This document shows, in pieces, positions 1 through 16,722 of a stretch of DNA of 64,000 nucleotides. The notes under the pieces are model-generated. The model made no database searches, was not told the DNA's origin, and worked only from the letters and a program-made list of their open reading frames with translations. Position 1 is the stretch's first letter. Every line of letters begins with the position of its first letter. Source of the DNA: Salpingoeca rosetta (Eukaryota > Protista > Choanoflagellata); the NCBI GenBank assembly GCA_033442325.1, contig JAWQFM010000003.1:1768148-1832147 (forward strand). The letters are read 5' to 3'. The position numbers and the translations under genes are program-made.

Positions 1-21
1 GTGTGTGTGTGTGTGCGTGTG

Positions 22-65
<44 letters not shown>

Positions 66-68
66 CAG

Positions 69-518
69 AGCGGAGGAGAAGCGGCAGGATGCAGAGGAGC
101 GACGACGCGCGCAGAGAGAGGACGAGGACAGACAGCGGAGGCAGCGACAGATACTCATGCAGCAGCAACACCAACAGCAACAGGCACAAGCGCACGAACA
201 GCAGCAGCAGGAACACCAAGCACACCAGCAGGAGCAGCAGCATGGTGATGGTGCAGCATCCACATCAGCGGTGTTGGAGTCGGGTGGCAGTCGATTTTCG
301 CTACTTCGGCGCATGCGCGGGACGGCAAAGCCCACCACACCGTCTGCGTCTGCGTCAGTATCAGCACAGCAGACCACGCACGGTGCAGGCCACCCAGGGT
401 CCTCATCATCGCCATCGTCGTCGTCGTCATCATCACACGCGCGGGCGCGACAGCCGTCCGTCACCACGCCAGAGTACGCCTTGCTGCTGCTGCTGTTGTT
501 GTTCTGTGTGTGGTGTGT

Positions 519-601
<83 letters not shown>

Positions 602-1039
602 CGTTGCGTGTTTATAGAGTATCACTCTTTGTGCAACCACATTTAACCTCCCCCTCCACCAACATAATATTTGCAGACGAACTGTCCCCGACGACTTTGA
701 GGATATTGTGGAGGCGGAAAAGCGCTCACTCCTCGTGTATCTCCGCGAAGCGCAGAAGGTGTTCGCACACACATATGTGCTTGCGTGCGTGTTGTGCTTC
801 GGTTTAATATTATGATTAGATACAGCAACAGGGTTTGTACAAAAGGGTGCTGTTTGAACAACACTTACCACCATCAGAACGCATCACCATTGCCATCGTC
901 GTCGTCGTCACAACCACCACCACCATCACCCCAATGCTGACAGGCCGGGCGGACGGACGAGGTTGCGATGCTCAAGGCACAGCTGCAGCATCTCGAGGTC
1001 TTTCGCTCCGAATCCGCAATCGACACCGCAACGTCGTAG
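69..1039 (+). CDS. 3' end of a rabenosyn-5 (ZFYVE20/Vac1)-like protein with a C-terminal Rab-binding (Rbsn) helical hairpin; 5' part lies outside the window
   Basis: Exons 69-473, 677-758 and 944-1039 splice in frame with GT-AG junctions to give ...TTPERTVPDDFEDIVEAEKRSLLVYLREAQK|AGRTDEVAMLKAQLQHLEVFRSESAIDTATS*. The segment YLREAQKAGRTDEVAMLKAQLQHL matches the rabenosyn pattern YI..A...GR.DEV..L..NL.EL. The FYVE domain is not visible. Confidence 0.6.
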
Positions 1040-1137
1040 ATCACACGTGCATGCAAGCATGCGCACAATACACGCGCGCACGCAAGCACGGTGCACAACC
1101 AGGCTGCCTGTGGTTCGAGATGGTGTGTAGGGATGGT

Positions 1138-1489
1138 TCACTTTGCGCGGGCGACGTGTGTGTATTTGTACATTTTCACGGCCGCGTCGGCGCCCGCAGA
1201 GACGAGCATCTCCCCATGCCAAATCTAAACGATGCGTGTATGTGTACAGACGTGCGCGTGTTTGAGTGTATGAGTGCGCATGTGTGAATGTTACGTGTGC
1301 ATGTGTAAAGTGTTACGTGTTGTGATTCCCTTGTTACCGCACCCCAGGTCTCGTGCAAATGCACAATGCATGAATGATGTCTGCCTGTTGGTGTCATTCT
1401 CCAACTAAACAACGACAGCAGCCACCTGAACTGACGCGCGCGTACACACACATGTCAATCACACACACACACTCACACTCACACGCACT

Positions 1490-1533
<44 letters not shown>

Positions 1534-2985
1534 ATTACACCCCATGCCATCGCCTCGTGTGCCACCGCCACTGTTCGGTGCACTCACAAGCGCGTTGACG
1601 CTGCCTTCGTGCCTGCACAGCGCCTGTATCTCGAGGCCCTTGGCGAGATTCCAGATCTTGATGGTCTTGTCCCAGCTGGCACTCAGCAGGAACTGCTGAT
1701 GCAGAACGCGGTGGTGCAACGCGTGAGCAGTTGTGGCGAGCAGGGCAAACGCAAGCCAAGGGGAAACGCAAGGGGCACACACACACACACACCACCACCA
1801 CACCACACCCATCCACAGCACACAGTGTCACACAATACCACAAGTGCACACCCCACACAATACCACGCAGTGTCACACATCACATCACGGCACGACACGC
1901 ACCTGACCGCCCGGAGAAGTGATCAGGGCTTCAACGGCGCCCACGTGACCAACGAGCTTGCCCTGATGGGTGCCTGTCTCCGTGTCGTAAATGTGGATGT
2001 TCTGTTGCCGTTGTGAAGGACGGGGCGATATGGTATTGGGAACGTCGTGAGTGGAACCAGAATGGGGCTGTAGATTGTGCAGGCAAGCAGACAGCCATCC
2101 ACCTGCACATAAAACACAGCACCCTCTCATGCAAACCCAACACACAGCACACCTGGTTCTGGGTGCCGGTGATGAGAAGATTGTTTGAGATGGCGAGCGA
2201 GCGCACGCTGCCGTATTTTGTGCGAAACGACTGCACGCGCATCAGCGTTCCCAGCTGCCACACACACACCTCCGCGCCACTCGCTGACATGTGTGTGTGT
2301 GTGCATGTGTGTGTGCATGCGTGTGTGTATGTGTGCATGTGTGTATGTATGTGTGTGTACGCATGTGTGTGTGCATGTGTGTGCGTGCATATGGAACGTG
2401 AGTGCGAAAGGAGCGTGACCATGCCGTCAACCACCACCGCAGCACCTCCGTGCCATCCTCCAAGGAGCACGTGCATACATGCGTGCACCTGAGTAGATGA
2501 GCTGCTGTTGCGGAACAACAACGAGTGCGCGGATCCAGTGGCCGAGCCCCTCCTGCGATTGCGGCACCGTCCCGTCCATCGCCATCATCTGAACGCGTGG
2601 TGGTGGTTATAAGTTGGTTGGTGAGCGACGGGACTTGGCACGACAAGGTGTGAGAAGATCCAGGCACGGCGTTGTCTGAACGCATGTGTGTGTGTGCGTG
2701 TGTGTGTGTGTGTGTTGCATGAATGCATGCGGTTCCCACATGTCACATGATCCATGGGGCGCATGTGCCATGTACAGTCCCAGCAAACAATGTGGCGGCT
2801 GCCCCACCTGCAACGACCCAAATGATCCGATGTATGCGAGGTGGTCGTGTGCAGATGCGCACGAGATGATGGAGTCGGCCACTTGCTGCGTCTGCTCAAG
2901 CTCATATGTGCTCGTCGAAAACAGCAGAACCTGTTGGTGTTGGTGCCAATGTGTTTGCGTCGCGCGCGCGCGTGTGTGTGTGCAT

Positions 2986-3023
<38 letters not shown>

Positions 3024-3040
3024 GTGTGCGTGTGTGTGCG

Positions 3041-3086
<46 letters not shown>

Positions 3087-3520
3087 TGGGTGAGTGTGGG
3101 TGGGGTGTGGGGTGGGTGTGCACGAGCGTGTCACTATAGTCCTCCCAGTACTCGACAAACGTCATCGCCAAGCGCTGTGCTGCACCTCACCTTTCCAGTG
3201 GATGTGCCGCAGATGAGGTGCTCGTCACAGACACACAAGCAGTGGATCACACCTGTTACACACACACACACATGTATGAAAACATCTTAGCGCTAGTGTG
3301 CTGTTGCATGCGAGTTGTGTCAACGACACGAGAGGGTGCAAATGGAATGTGCAGTGCAGCTCACCTTCGCCCGGTCGAAGCGTGCGAACACACGAGAGCT
3401 TGGACATGTCCCACACCTGCCACACGCCCGTGCAATCAGAACCGTGAGCGTCACGAACGAGCAGGGAAAGCATGCAAATGTAAATGCGCCACACACACAT
3501 ACACACATTCACATGTACAG

Positions 3521-3575
<55 letters not shown>

Positions 3576-4130
3576 GTGAACCTTGATAGCTTCGTCACTG
3601 CCGGCGGAAAAGAGCATATCGTTGAAGGAATGCAGTGCCCACACCGGCTCCGTGTGGCCCCTGCACGCACACACACACGCACGCACACACGCACGCACAA
3701 GTGCACGCGTGATGGAGTGAATGGATTGGGCACAATCTAGCAAACGCACACACACACAGACACACACACACACAATCACACAGACACACAGACACACACA
3801 CAATCACACACACACACACACATAGACACACACTCACCGAAATGAGCCAATGCACCGGAAGCGAAACGGCATGACGAATTCACGCAGTGATGACACACGT
3901 CGATCCTCAAGCTGCTGCTGATGTTGATGCTGCTGCTGCTGTTGATGTTGCTGTTGCTGGTGTTGCTGGTGTTTGTTTTTGTGTTCGTGTTGCCCCTGTT
4001 GTGACTGGTGCGCCTGCCTCTCCCTGTCTCTCCTCTGCTGCTCAGCCGCCCTCAAACCTTCGTCGATGCTCTGTTCAACATCAAGGGCACCCAAACGAAA
4101 TAACGAACCCACATGAGCTTGGTAGGGGGT

Positions 4131-4221
<91 letters not shown>

Positions 4222-4232
4222 CGTACAGGCAG

Positions 4233-4270
<38 letters not shown>

Positions 4271-5584
4271 GTGTGTGTGTGTGTGAGCGCGCAGGGACAT
4301 GTTGGTTCTTGAGCGCACGTCACGGTTCATGTGCGCGTGACAAAGGACCCACTGTGTTGAGATGATCGAGACGCGTCCACGCTGAAGAAAACTCCCGCCA
4401 AAGCTGCTGCTCAATATCGCGCAGGCGATGCACTGCACGGGACACAATGCTGGTGTGGTCGCTGCCACGAAACTCGCACGTGTCAAGATGGTGTTGCACC
4501 TCAAAGAACGTGCCTTTGAACCGGCACCCGAGCACCTTTGTAGAGCACGGTTGATGGGTCGTGTGAGTGACGGTTGGAACGGAGCAACAAGTGCAAGCGC
4601 ACACTTGCACAAAGCAACGCTGTATCCACACACACTCACACACACACACACACGCACACACACAACCAGGCGCGCGCACACTCACACACATTCTCTCTCT
4701 TTCTCTCTCACAATCAGGCTCGCACACATACAAACACACACAAACACACTGCATACGTTCATGGGGCAGGTGGCGAGATGGCAGAGCTGCAGGTGCTCCA
4801 TGAGCTGGCGACGCGGAATGGGGTGGCACGCGAGTGAGTTGAGACACCGCGCAGGCTTGTTAGGGCAGCGTCTCGCGTGCTCCGCAAACTGTCCGAGCTG
4901 CAGGTGAGCATCCTCGCCTTGCTGCGCTGCCTGGCAATGGCGACACACGACAGGTAGCATGGCCACTTGTTCCGCCAGTGCGGCGTTGGGCACAAAGATT
5001 TGAATGCGCTGCTGGTCGCTTGGGCACCTTTGCAGCACCGTGGCTGGTGCGCTTTGTTCACCCAGCCTCAGACCACCATGCCCATCACCACGGCCACCAC
5101 CTTCTTCTTCTTGTCCCACTTCTGTGTCCTCTTCGCCGTTGCTCTGGTTGCCGCGCAAACTCCCGCCGTCGCCGTCATGGCGCATCGCTGCGCCACGCCA
5201 CATGTCGGCAGTGGTGGCTTCCCCGTGCTCGGCATCGTCAGGGAAGAACTGGCCATCGCCGCCGCGCTGGCGACCACCTTGTCCATGTGCGCTGTGCGGA
5301 TCTCCACGTACTCTGGGGACTTGCGCCGCTGCATCATCGCGCTCATTTGAGCCAACCCCAAACGCTGGGCTCGCACCCTCCTGCACGACCTCTGGCGTGC
5401 GCTCCACATTTGTGGCGCTGCGGAATTGCCCGTGTGTGCAGGAAGAACAAAAAGAGTGGCCACACGGGACCGCTGTCTGTGGATCAACCGCAATGCGGCC
5501 ACAGGCGACACACCGGAAGCTCGTCGGCACCTTCACCGCCACCACCTCAAACTCCTCCACCTCACCGCTGGCAGCATCGTCCAT
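1138..5584 (-). CDS. TRAF7: TRAF7-like E3 ubiquitin ligase (RING, TRAF-type zinc fingers, coiled coil, 7 WD40 repeats); multi-exon
   Basis: ATG at 5584. RING CVAC..DP...[10 protein letters not shown]...[14 protein letters not shown] repeats FRCIGSF|[70 protein letters not shown]|[19 protein letters not shown], all collinear with animal TRAF7. Stop TGA at 1140-1138. Confidence 0.88.
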
Positions 5585-5772
5585 CACGGCTGCTGTTGTT
5601 TGTTGTGCCTATTTGTGTGTCGACTGAATTCAGTTTCACTGTTGCGCTCTGCTGGATTCGCTGTAAGGTCAACAAGCAAGCAAGCAAGCAAGCAACAAGA
5701 AGCAGCCACAGATCCTTGCACTGCACCAGCACCACAACACAACAAGAAGCGCACCGCCAGCACCCTGCCAGG

Positions 5773-9014
<3,242 letters not shown>

Positions 9015-9225
9015 TTGAATCCCCAACCCGTACCCACAGACACCAGCACGCCCCATCGTCTCTTACCCCTTCAAGCAACACACCTGTCCAGCTCTTGTCC
9101 AATGCTGTTCGCTTTCGTTCACTCGCCTGTTGCGTGATCTTCCTCCCCCAGCACAACAATCCACACCACCACCCGCAATTCATACACACGGCGTGCGCAC
9201 GTGTGCGTGTTATCGGTGCCTCTGC

Positions 9226-11850
9226 CTAAAACCGCGACTTGCGAATCACGTTCGGCTTCCAGTCGAGGGGATGTGTCTCTTCCGTCTGCTCCAACACCAA
9301 CAACAACGCGCACATCAACACAACACATGCAATTGTGAGAAAGGTACTCTCGTGTTCAAACAGAGGAACTGGGAAGGGGGATCCACTCAGCACACGCAGT
9401 AGAGGCATGAACGACGATGACACATGCATGCGATCAGGTCGTAGTTTTACGCACGGAGTCTGGGTCCTCCTTGTAGATTTTGATTGTCTTGTCGGCCTCT
9501 GCTGTGAGAAGGCGGCTGTAACTCTTGTCAAAGGCAAGACCAAAGATGCCACTCTCGCTGTCCAGCGAGCCTGTAACGACACACACGCGTAAGTTGAGGT
9601 GAGCTGATGTGCTGAAGCGTGGGGGAAGAGGCTCCGTACTGGTACAACAACACAAAGTAAGCACACACATAGGGCTTACACGCACACACGCTTACACGCA
9701 CGCACATACACGCACACGCACACGCACACGCATACACACGCATACGCATACACACGCACACCTGGCTGGGGCGGCGTCTCAATGTCCTGGAAGCGGTATC
9801 CTGTGCGGTAGTCCCAGAAGCTGAGGCTGCCGTTGTCTGCACCCGACACCATCACTCCGCTCGGGTTGACGGCCAGGGAGTTGATGATCGCCGTGTGCCC
9901 GCCAAGGTTCTGGATGAACTCGCCCTTGGGCAGATACCACTGCTTGATGTTGTCCGACGCGCCTGACACAAACGTAAACCTGACGCACACAAGCACACGT
10001 GCGATGGTAAAAGAGGAGGTAATAGAGAAAGAGGGGGGGGGGAGAAGGGAGTGAGCTGAGACCGTGTGTTGACAAAAGAGTAGGCACATATACACATGCA
10101 AGTGTGTGTGTGTGTGAAGGCGTGTGAAGGTGTGTGTGTGTATGTGTGAAGGCGTGTGAAGGTGTGTGAAGGTGTGTAATGCGTACTCTTTTGGGTGTTT
10201 TGCGAGTGCGCGGACGCTCTTCTTGTGGTTTGTGAGCTGCGCCATGCAGCGGCCAGCACGAATGTCCCACAGCCGAATCGTCGAATCGTGTGACCCTGGC
10301 ACAGCGGTGGGGTGCAGTGTTTGTATGATGGAAAGGGGGGGGGGCACGGGTGAGCACGTGACAAGATCAACACGCGAGAGCCCCCACACGGGCACCAACA
10401 TCATGCTGTGTCATCTTCACCACCACCATCACCATCACCATCACCACGATGGCTGCACCTGAGATGACTTGCGGGTCGACGGGCTCTGTCTCAAGGGAGG
10501 CGACCGTGTTGGTGTGCCCGGACAGGCAGTGGATCTGCGCCTTTGTTCGCATATCCCACAACTGCACACACACGCACGCACACACACACACACACACGCA
10601 CGCACACACATAACACGGGTGACAAACAGGGGGAGGAGGGGAAATTGCATGGTGTCAGTGGCGAGCACAGCCATGGGTGGGCGCGTGAGCGAGAGAAAAT
10701 GTTGTAGTGACGCTGATACACAAAACGACAAGAGCAAGTAGCGGAAGAAAGGAGAACAAGATGACGACGAGAAGATAATGGATGAAGATGCTTCTAAAGG
10801 AGATGTGGTGTTTGCACACGATTACAAAGGCTTGGTGTGCTGGCCCAAACCAACACCTGTACTGTGCATCATTGGTGTTGCCATGGTCAACATCACCACC
10901 ACGTCCACCATGATGGCGAGTGTTGTGGTGGTCGGGAGGAGTGTGCCGCGAGGGCAAGTGGGAGAGGAGTGATCATGACACAACAGCACCAGCGAGCGAC
11001 AAAACCGCCCCTGATGTGCATGTGTTCGCACTCTCAAACCAGCTCATGCATACGATGAGCAGCCACAAATCCAAACAAGCACACGCAGAGACAACAACAA
11101 CAACATTGCACAAACGCTCCTCCTGACAACATGGCGTAAGCAGACAGAAAGAAAGAGAAGGAAAGAAAGAAAGAAAGAAAGAGGGAGAGTGTGTGTGTGT
11201 GTGCGTGTATGTGCGCGTGTGTGCGTGTGTTGCGGACTACACACCCGCACTGTTGAGTCGCGACCGCCTGTGAAGAGGACGTCCAGCGTTGGATGCAATT
11301 TCAGCGCATACACGCCGCTACAAAAACGCATATGCGCACGTGCACGTGCACAAGTGAGTGGGCAATCTGTGCACCGTTGTGGACATCTCCTTTCCTTTCC
11401 CTTCTTCCTCCTCCACCTTCGCATTCTATTCTTTCACCTTCCTCGATAGCCCCCCCCCCGGCTCTTTCCACGCTCAGTATCACACCTGAGGTGTCCGTGG
11501 TAGTGGCGAATGACCTTGTTCTGCTCCAGGTCCCAGCACCGCACCATCTTGTCTTCGCCAACGGAGAACAGGTACGGGTGACGCGGGCTGACCTCAAGAC
11601 CGCGGACTGTGCTAATGTGGCCCGTCAGCGTCAGCTTCAGGGTCCCCGATGCAAGGTCCCAGATCTTGATGGTGCGGTCAGCAGACCCTGAGGTGTGTGT
11701 ACGTGTGTGTTTATGTGTGCATGTGTTGTGTGTGTGTGATTATCATGTGAGATTGAGCAGGGTGATGGATTGGTGATGGAGAACGAGGCGACATGAGAGG
11801 AGCGGAGAGAGTGGAAATGATCCGAGGGTGGAACACAGCGCAAGTACACG

Positions 11851-11921
<71 letters not shown>

Positions 11922-13116
11922 CGCATTCAAACCACACGCAGACAACATGTGCGCACCTGAGACAAACCACTGGTTCTTTGGCTCGACGGCCAAGCAGCGA
12001 ACCCAGCCGGTGTGACCGCTGATGACACGGAAGAGCTTCCAGTGCGGATGCCACTGGGGCTTTGGCATTGTCGGCGCCCTTTGTCTCAGCACAAGCTCCT
12101 TTGTCATGGGCTGCTTCTTCTGTGTCTGCAATAGCAATAGCAAGTGCAGAAAACACAACGAAAGACCGCGACAAGCGTCAGCAAACAAACACGGTGTACA
12201 GGCGCAGCGTGAAGTGCAGCACGCAAGCACCACGACCAAACAAGCGACTGCTGTAAGCCGTGCCAGTAAATGAGGTGGGTGCGCAACTGACATCAGACAC
12301 GAGGGCGAGTGCCGAGCTGGGTTCCTTGCCCGTCTTCTTGCTGCATGGTGGATGGGACGGCAGAGGAGTGAAAGTTAGAAAATGCGCGTGTGCGTGTGTG
12401 CGTGTGTGTGTATGTGTGTGTATGTGTGTATGTGTGTCTGTTTGGAGGAGCTGTTGGACAGATGCAGACAGTTGGCAGCTGGATATTGTCGTTGGTGTTC
12501 ATGCATTCGCACACAAGAGCAGTGACGCACCCTTCAAGAACATCTGTAGGTTTGATGGAGGGTCTTGCAGGGCCCGGGCCAGATGCTGCACCCTTTGCTT
12601 TCTTCTTCAAGGCCGCTGGTGGTGGCAGGTGCATCACCGATGCGTACTCATCCATCTTCTTGCATGCCAGCTTGGCCGGACGGCTATGACAACAACGCAC
12701 ATGTCACACAACAGCAACGTCAGTGCTGACAACGCTGGCCAAACAAAAACACAAACAGCCACAGGGACACTGGCGTGCGTGCAGAATTGTACTCCCACCA
12801 ACGTGCATGCAGAATGAAACTCCCACTCACGTGCACGGCACACACACACACATACATACATACACACACACACGCACACGCACACACACACGCACACGCA
12901 CACGCACACGCACATAGATACATACGCACAGACACAGACACAGACACAGACACAGACACAGACACAGACACAGACACAGACACAGACACAAAACACATAT
13001 CAGCAGCACCTGAGGTCGCCGTCTGACGGCCGCTTTGCGTAGTCTGACACAAACATGTCCTTTGTGCGCTTGATGGACCTGAACGTGTGCTGGTCCATGC
13101 TCGTTCCCCCCTCCAT
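9226..13116 (-). CDS. PLRG1: Pleiotropic regulator 1 (Prp46), WD40 subunit of the Prp19/NTC splicing complex
   Basis: [133 protein letters not shown]. All exons join in frame. Confidence 0.96.
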
Positions 13117-13422
13117 GATCGTCGATGCCAGTGGGATGAGGCAGGTGGTGCTCGTTGGTGGTTGTGGTTGTGGTGCAGAAGAAGATCGTTCGCGGAAATT
13201 TATGCAAATCATTCAACACAATTCACCAGAGGCAGGGCAAGCGGGAAGATGAAGGAGCCACTCACACTCACTCACTCTCTCTCTCAGTCACACACACACA
13301 CTCACACACACACACTCACACACACTCTCTCTCTCACAATCACTCACTCACTCACTCACTCACAAACACGCGCGCACACACACACAAACACACACACACA
13401 CACACGATGCACACAATGAAGG

Positions 13423-15527
13423 TCAGGCATCGGAAGGCTGCTCTGTGAAGCTGATGTAGGTGCGCGTGCTTGCAGCACGACCAGAGGACGTGGTTGTGCA
13501 CGACCACGTGGAGGGACGAGCAGCCAATGTTGGCAAGCCACGGCTGCGCAGAATTTGCTCCAGTGCGTCAGCCACAGACGCGCGTGTGCTGGCGTCAGCC
13601 CCGTCTTCGACCTTGCTCTTGCTCTTGCGTTGTGTTGCCTCGCTATTGCGCTCATCATGCGTCGCACCACGACCCACGCCATCGCCGCTGTTGATGTGGC
13701 AGCAGGAAGAATACAGTTCAGTTTCACGGAGCATGTCGGCGAGCTGTGCTTCGGATGGAGGCGGCGGCAGCGGTGGACTGGCATCCAAGAAAGAAGCACT
13801 CGCACCACCTCCTTTCTGCGGTGTCGCAACGTGCTGCTGCTGGTTGCTGTGGTCCTGGTTCTCTCGCTCACAGTCGCTTGTCTTGTCGTCGGCAGCATCT
13901 GTCGCTGAATAGGCAAGCTGCTCCTCCCAGTGTTGTGCTGCAGGGCGCGCGTGCGTTCGTCGTGGCGGCGTCGGTGGCGGTGGCGGTGGTGGTCGCCGCT
14001 GCCTCCTGTGTCGTGGGGCAGTCGCGGGTGGTGGGGATGCTGCCACGCTGTTGACTGGACCCGGCTGGTGTTGCTGTAAGCCGCCGTGCTTGCGAGAGCG
14101 GTGCAGTTGGTCATACACCGGAACCAGGCCACTGTCGATAGCCGTCGTGACGAGCGACACCTCTGCCGCTGCTGCGTGGCGTCGTGGTGGCCGCGGCTTT
14201 GGCGCCGGGGCCTTGTGCCGGAAGTGCTGCACGGCCTCGTCTGTAAACGGCGCCTCCGCTTCTGCCGGCAGAAACACGACAGAGGTCACACCGCGATAGT
14301 CGCTCGCGCGCGCCGCCCTGCTGTCCTCTGGATGCGGCGCAGAGATTGCCCTTGGCCGCTTGTCTTGCTCATGCCGTCCCGTCAGGGTGGAAGCACGAAG
14401 AGAGCATGGAACCGTCGCGGGAGCTGACGTGTGATGTGCTGTTCGGGGCAATGCACGTCGCAGTTCAAAGTCCTCCTCCCCACAATCACGATCATGCTCA
14501 CCATCATCATGACCACCTTCATCACCATCATTAGCGCGCTCGCCATCACCAAACTTGCCTTTCTCTTTGCTTTCTTCACGGACATCTTCATCACCGGCAC
14601 CGTTCCAGATACCGTGAGGCCGTGTCGGTGGTGTTTCCACAAGACAGCGCGGGTCTACAGCAGCAGCATCGTCATCACGCTCTCTTGTGCCACACGTTGC
14701 ATCAGCAGAGTGCTGGCGCACAAACACGCGATGTGGTTCCTGTCTGCCGTGCATGTGTTGGTCAAGTTGTTGCTGGTGGTATGGGTGACAATGCAATGCA
14801 GTGGTGTCTGGCAGCTTCTTGCGCAGGGTGCAGTTGAGCCTGTTAGTGCTTTGAGCATAGTGGCTAACGTCAGTCACATCATCCTCGCTGCTGCTGCTGC
14901 TGCTGGCGGTGGTGCTGTCATCGTGGCTGGGCGCGTCATGGGTTGACGGCAGCCGAATCGGACACACCATGTACGGGGAGGGGCCCGCACTCGGTGTCGA
15001 GTTACTTGACGGCGTGGAGACCGCCAGCCGCGAGTATGGCGCGCTGCTGTAGATTGAACCACGAATGGAGCCGTCGTCATAGTGGTCATCGCCATCGTCA
15101 TCATGTCTGTGTCCGCCTACACCCCATCCATCGCGCGGCATGCTGTACGGGGAAGCAGTGTTGTCACTGCCCGTGTTGGTGTTGCTGTTGCTGCGGTTGT
15201 ACCTTGAGGAGGGGTTTAGCACAGCAGCAGTAAATGACTGCTGCTGCTGCTGTTCTTGCTGCATGCCGTGCGCGTCTGACAAGTCGAGCACGAGCGGTGG
15301 CGGTGGGCGGTCTTGGTAGGCTGCGATGTTGATGTCTTCGTCTCGCTCATACACCGCCACGCGGGCAATCCGAATGCTCGGCTTTGTGCCCACATCCTCG
15401 CCTGGGAACGCATGTGTGGCCACACCGCCATGATCGCCGCCACCAACTCCACTGCTGTACTTATCTTTGGCTGCAGGGCTGTCGGTCTCAGCATCATCAT
15501 CATCGCCATCATCATAACCATCACCGC

Positions 15528-15583
<56 letters not shown>

Positions 15584-16492
15584 CCATCATCATCATCGGC
15601 GTCTGCACGGTCATCCTCCCACCTTTCATGCTCTGCCCTGGGGCGGTGGTACTGCTCCTGATGCTGTTGTGGAATGGCGTTGAGCTGCACCAGTAGATCG
15701 TGTGACGAGTACGGGTTACACCGGCCAAGCGTCGGAGGCGCCGGCAGCCCCAATGACGGCCGTGGTGGTGGCTGACCGTGCTCTGGCTGATGCTGACGCT
15801 GGCCTTGATCCTGGTGTTGTCGGTGGGGAGGTGGTGATGATGATGCCGTTGGTGATGAAGCGTGCTGCGCTGGCCGCATTGTGGATTTGGGTGATGTGCG
15901 TCTGCGAGTGTACCCTGGAAGTAGGGTGGCTTTGAGTGCAGCGAGCGGTGATCGGTGGGTGCGCGTGTGTCTCGTCACTTGCTCAGGCGTTGCTACTTGT
16001 TCATGTTGCTGCTGTTGCTGCTGTTGCTGCTGTTGCTGCTGTTGCTGCCGTTGTGCTATGACCGGCTCCAGGTACAGGGGCTCCGCCGTGCTGGCGTTTG
16101 TATCGCCACCTGTGCCCTGCCACCCGTCCTGCTGACATCTGCCATCGCCTGTCGATGCCGTGCTGGTGTTGGTGTCATCGTTGCCAATGTCGGTACCGCA
16201 CCCAAAGTCCAGCGGCCCACCCTGTGCCCGGCACGCCTCTAGCCAGCACTCAAACGCGCCTGTGCACGCCTTGTCGCGCAACACAAAGTGCCATCGCCCA
16301 CTGTCTGGGTAGCACACGCGAGCCACGTCAATGGAGAGCGTGCATCCTTTGCACATGTACGTGCGAATGTGCTTTCCCAGGATGCGTGTGCTGCGGTCGG
16401 TGGATATGACTGCCGCAAAGTCGCGCTCCAGCACCAGCTTCCCGCCGCCCTTGACACGGCCTCCAATCTCACGCGCAAACGGCAACACTTCC

Positions 16493-16573
<81 letters not shown>

Positions 16574-16686
16574 GGAAACCCAGCGAGGCAGGGATAGGGG
16601 GAGGGTCAGGTGGGAAGATGGGAAGGTGGAAGGGGACGTGCACACACACGCGCGCGCGCGCATGCAAAATGGCCCACGCACACGCG

Positions 16687-16722
<36 letters not shown>

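Noticed and set aside
10877-10891. RFX X-box-like GTTGCCATGGTCAAC
   Set aside because: The right half-site is imperfect and it lies mid-intron in a housekeeping splicing gene, far from any start.
13202-13209. Octamer ATGCAAAT upstream of PLRG1
   Set aside because: ATGCAAAT also occurs in introns here (e.g. near 3472), and nothing else supports a POU-factor site.
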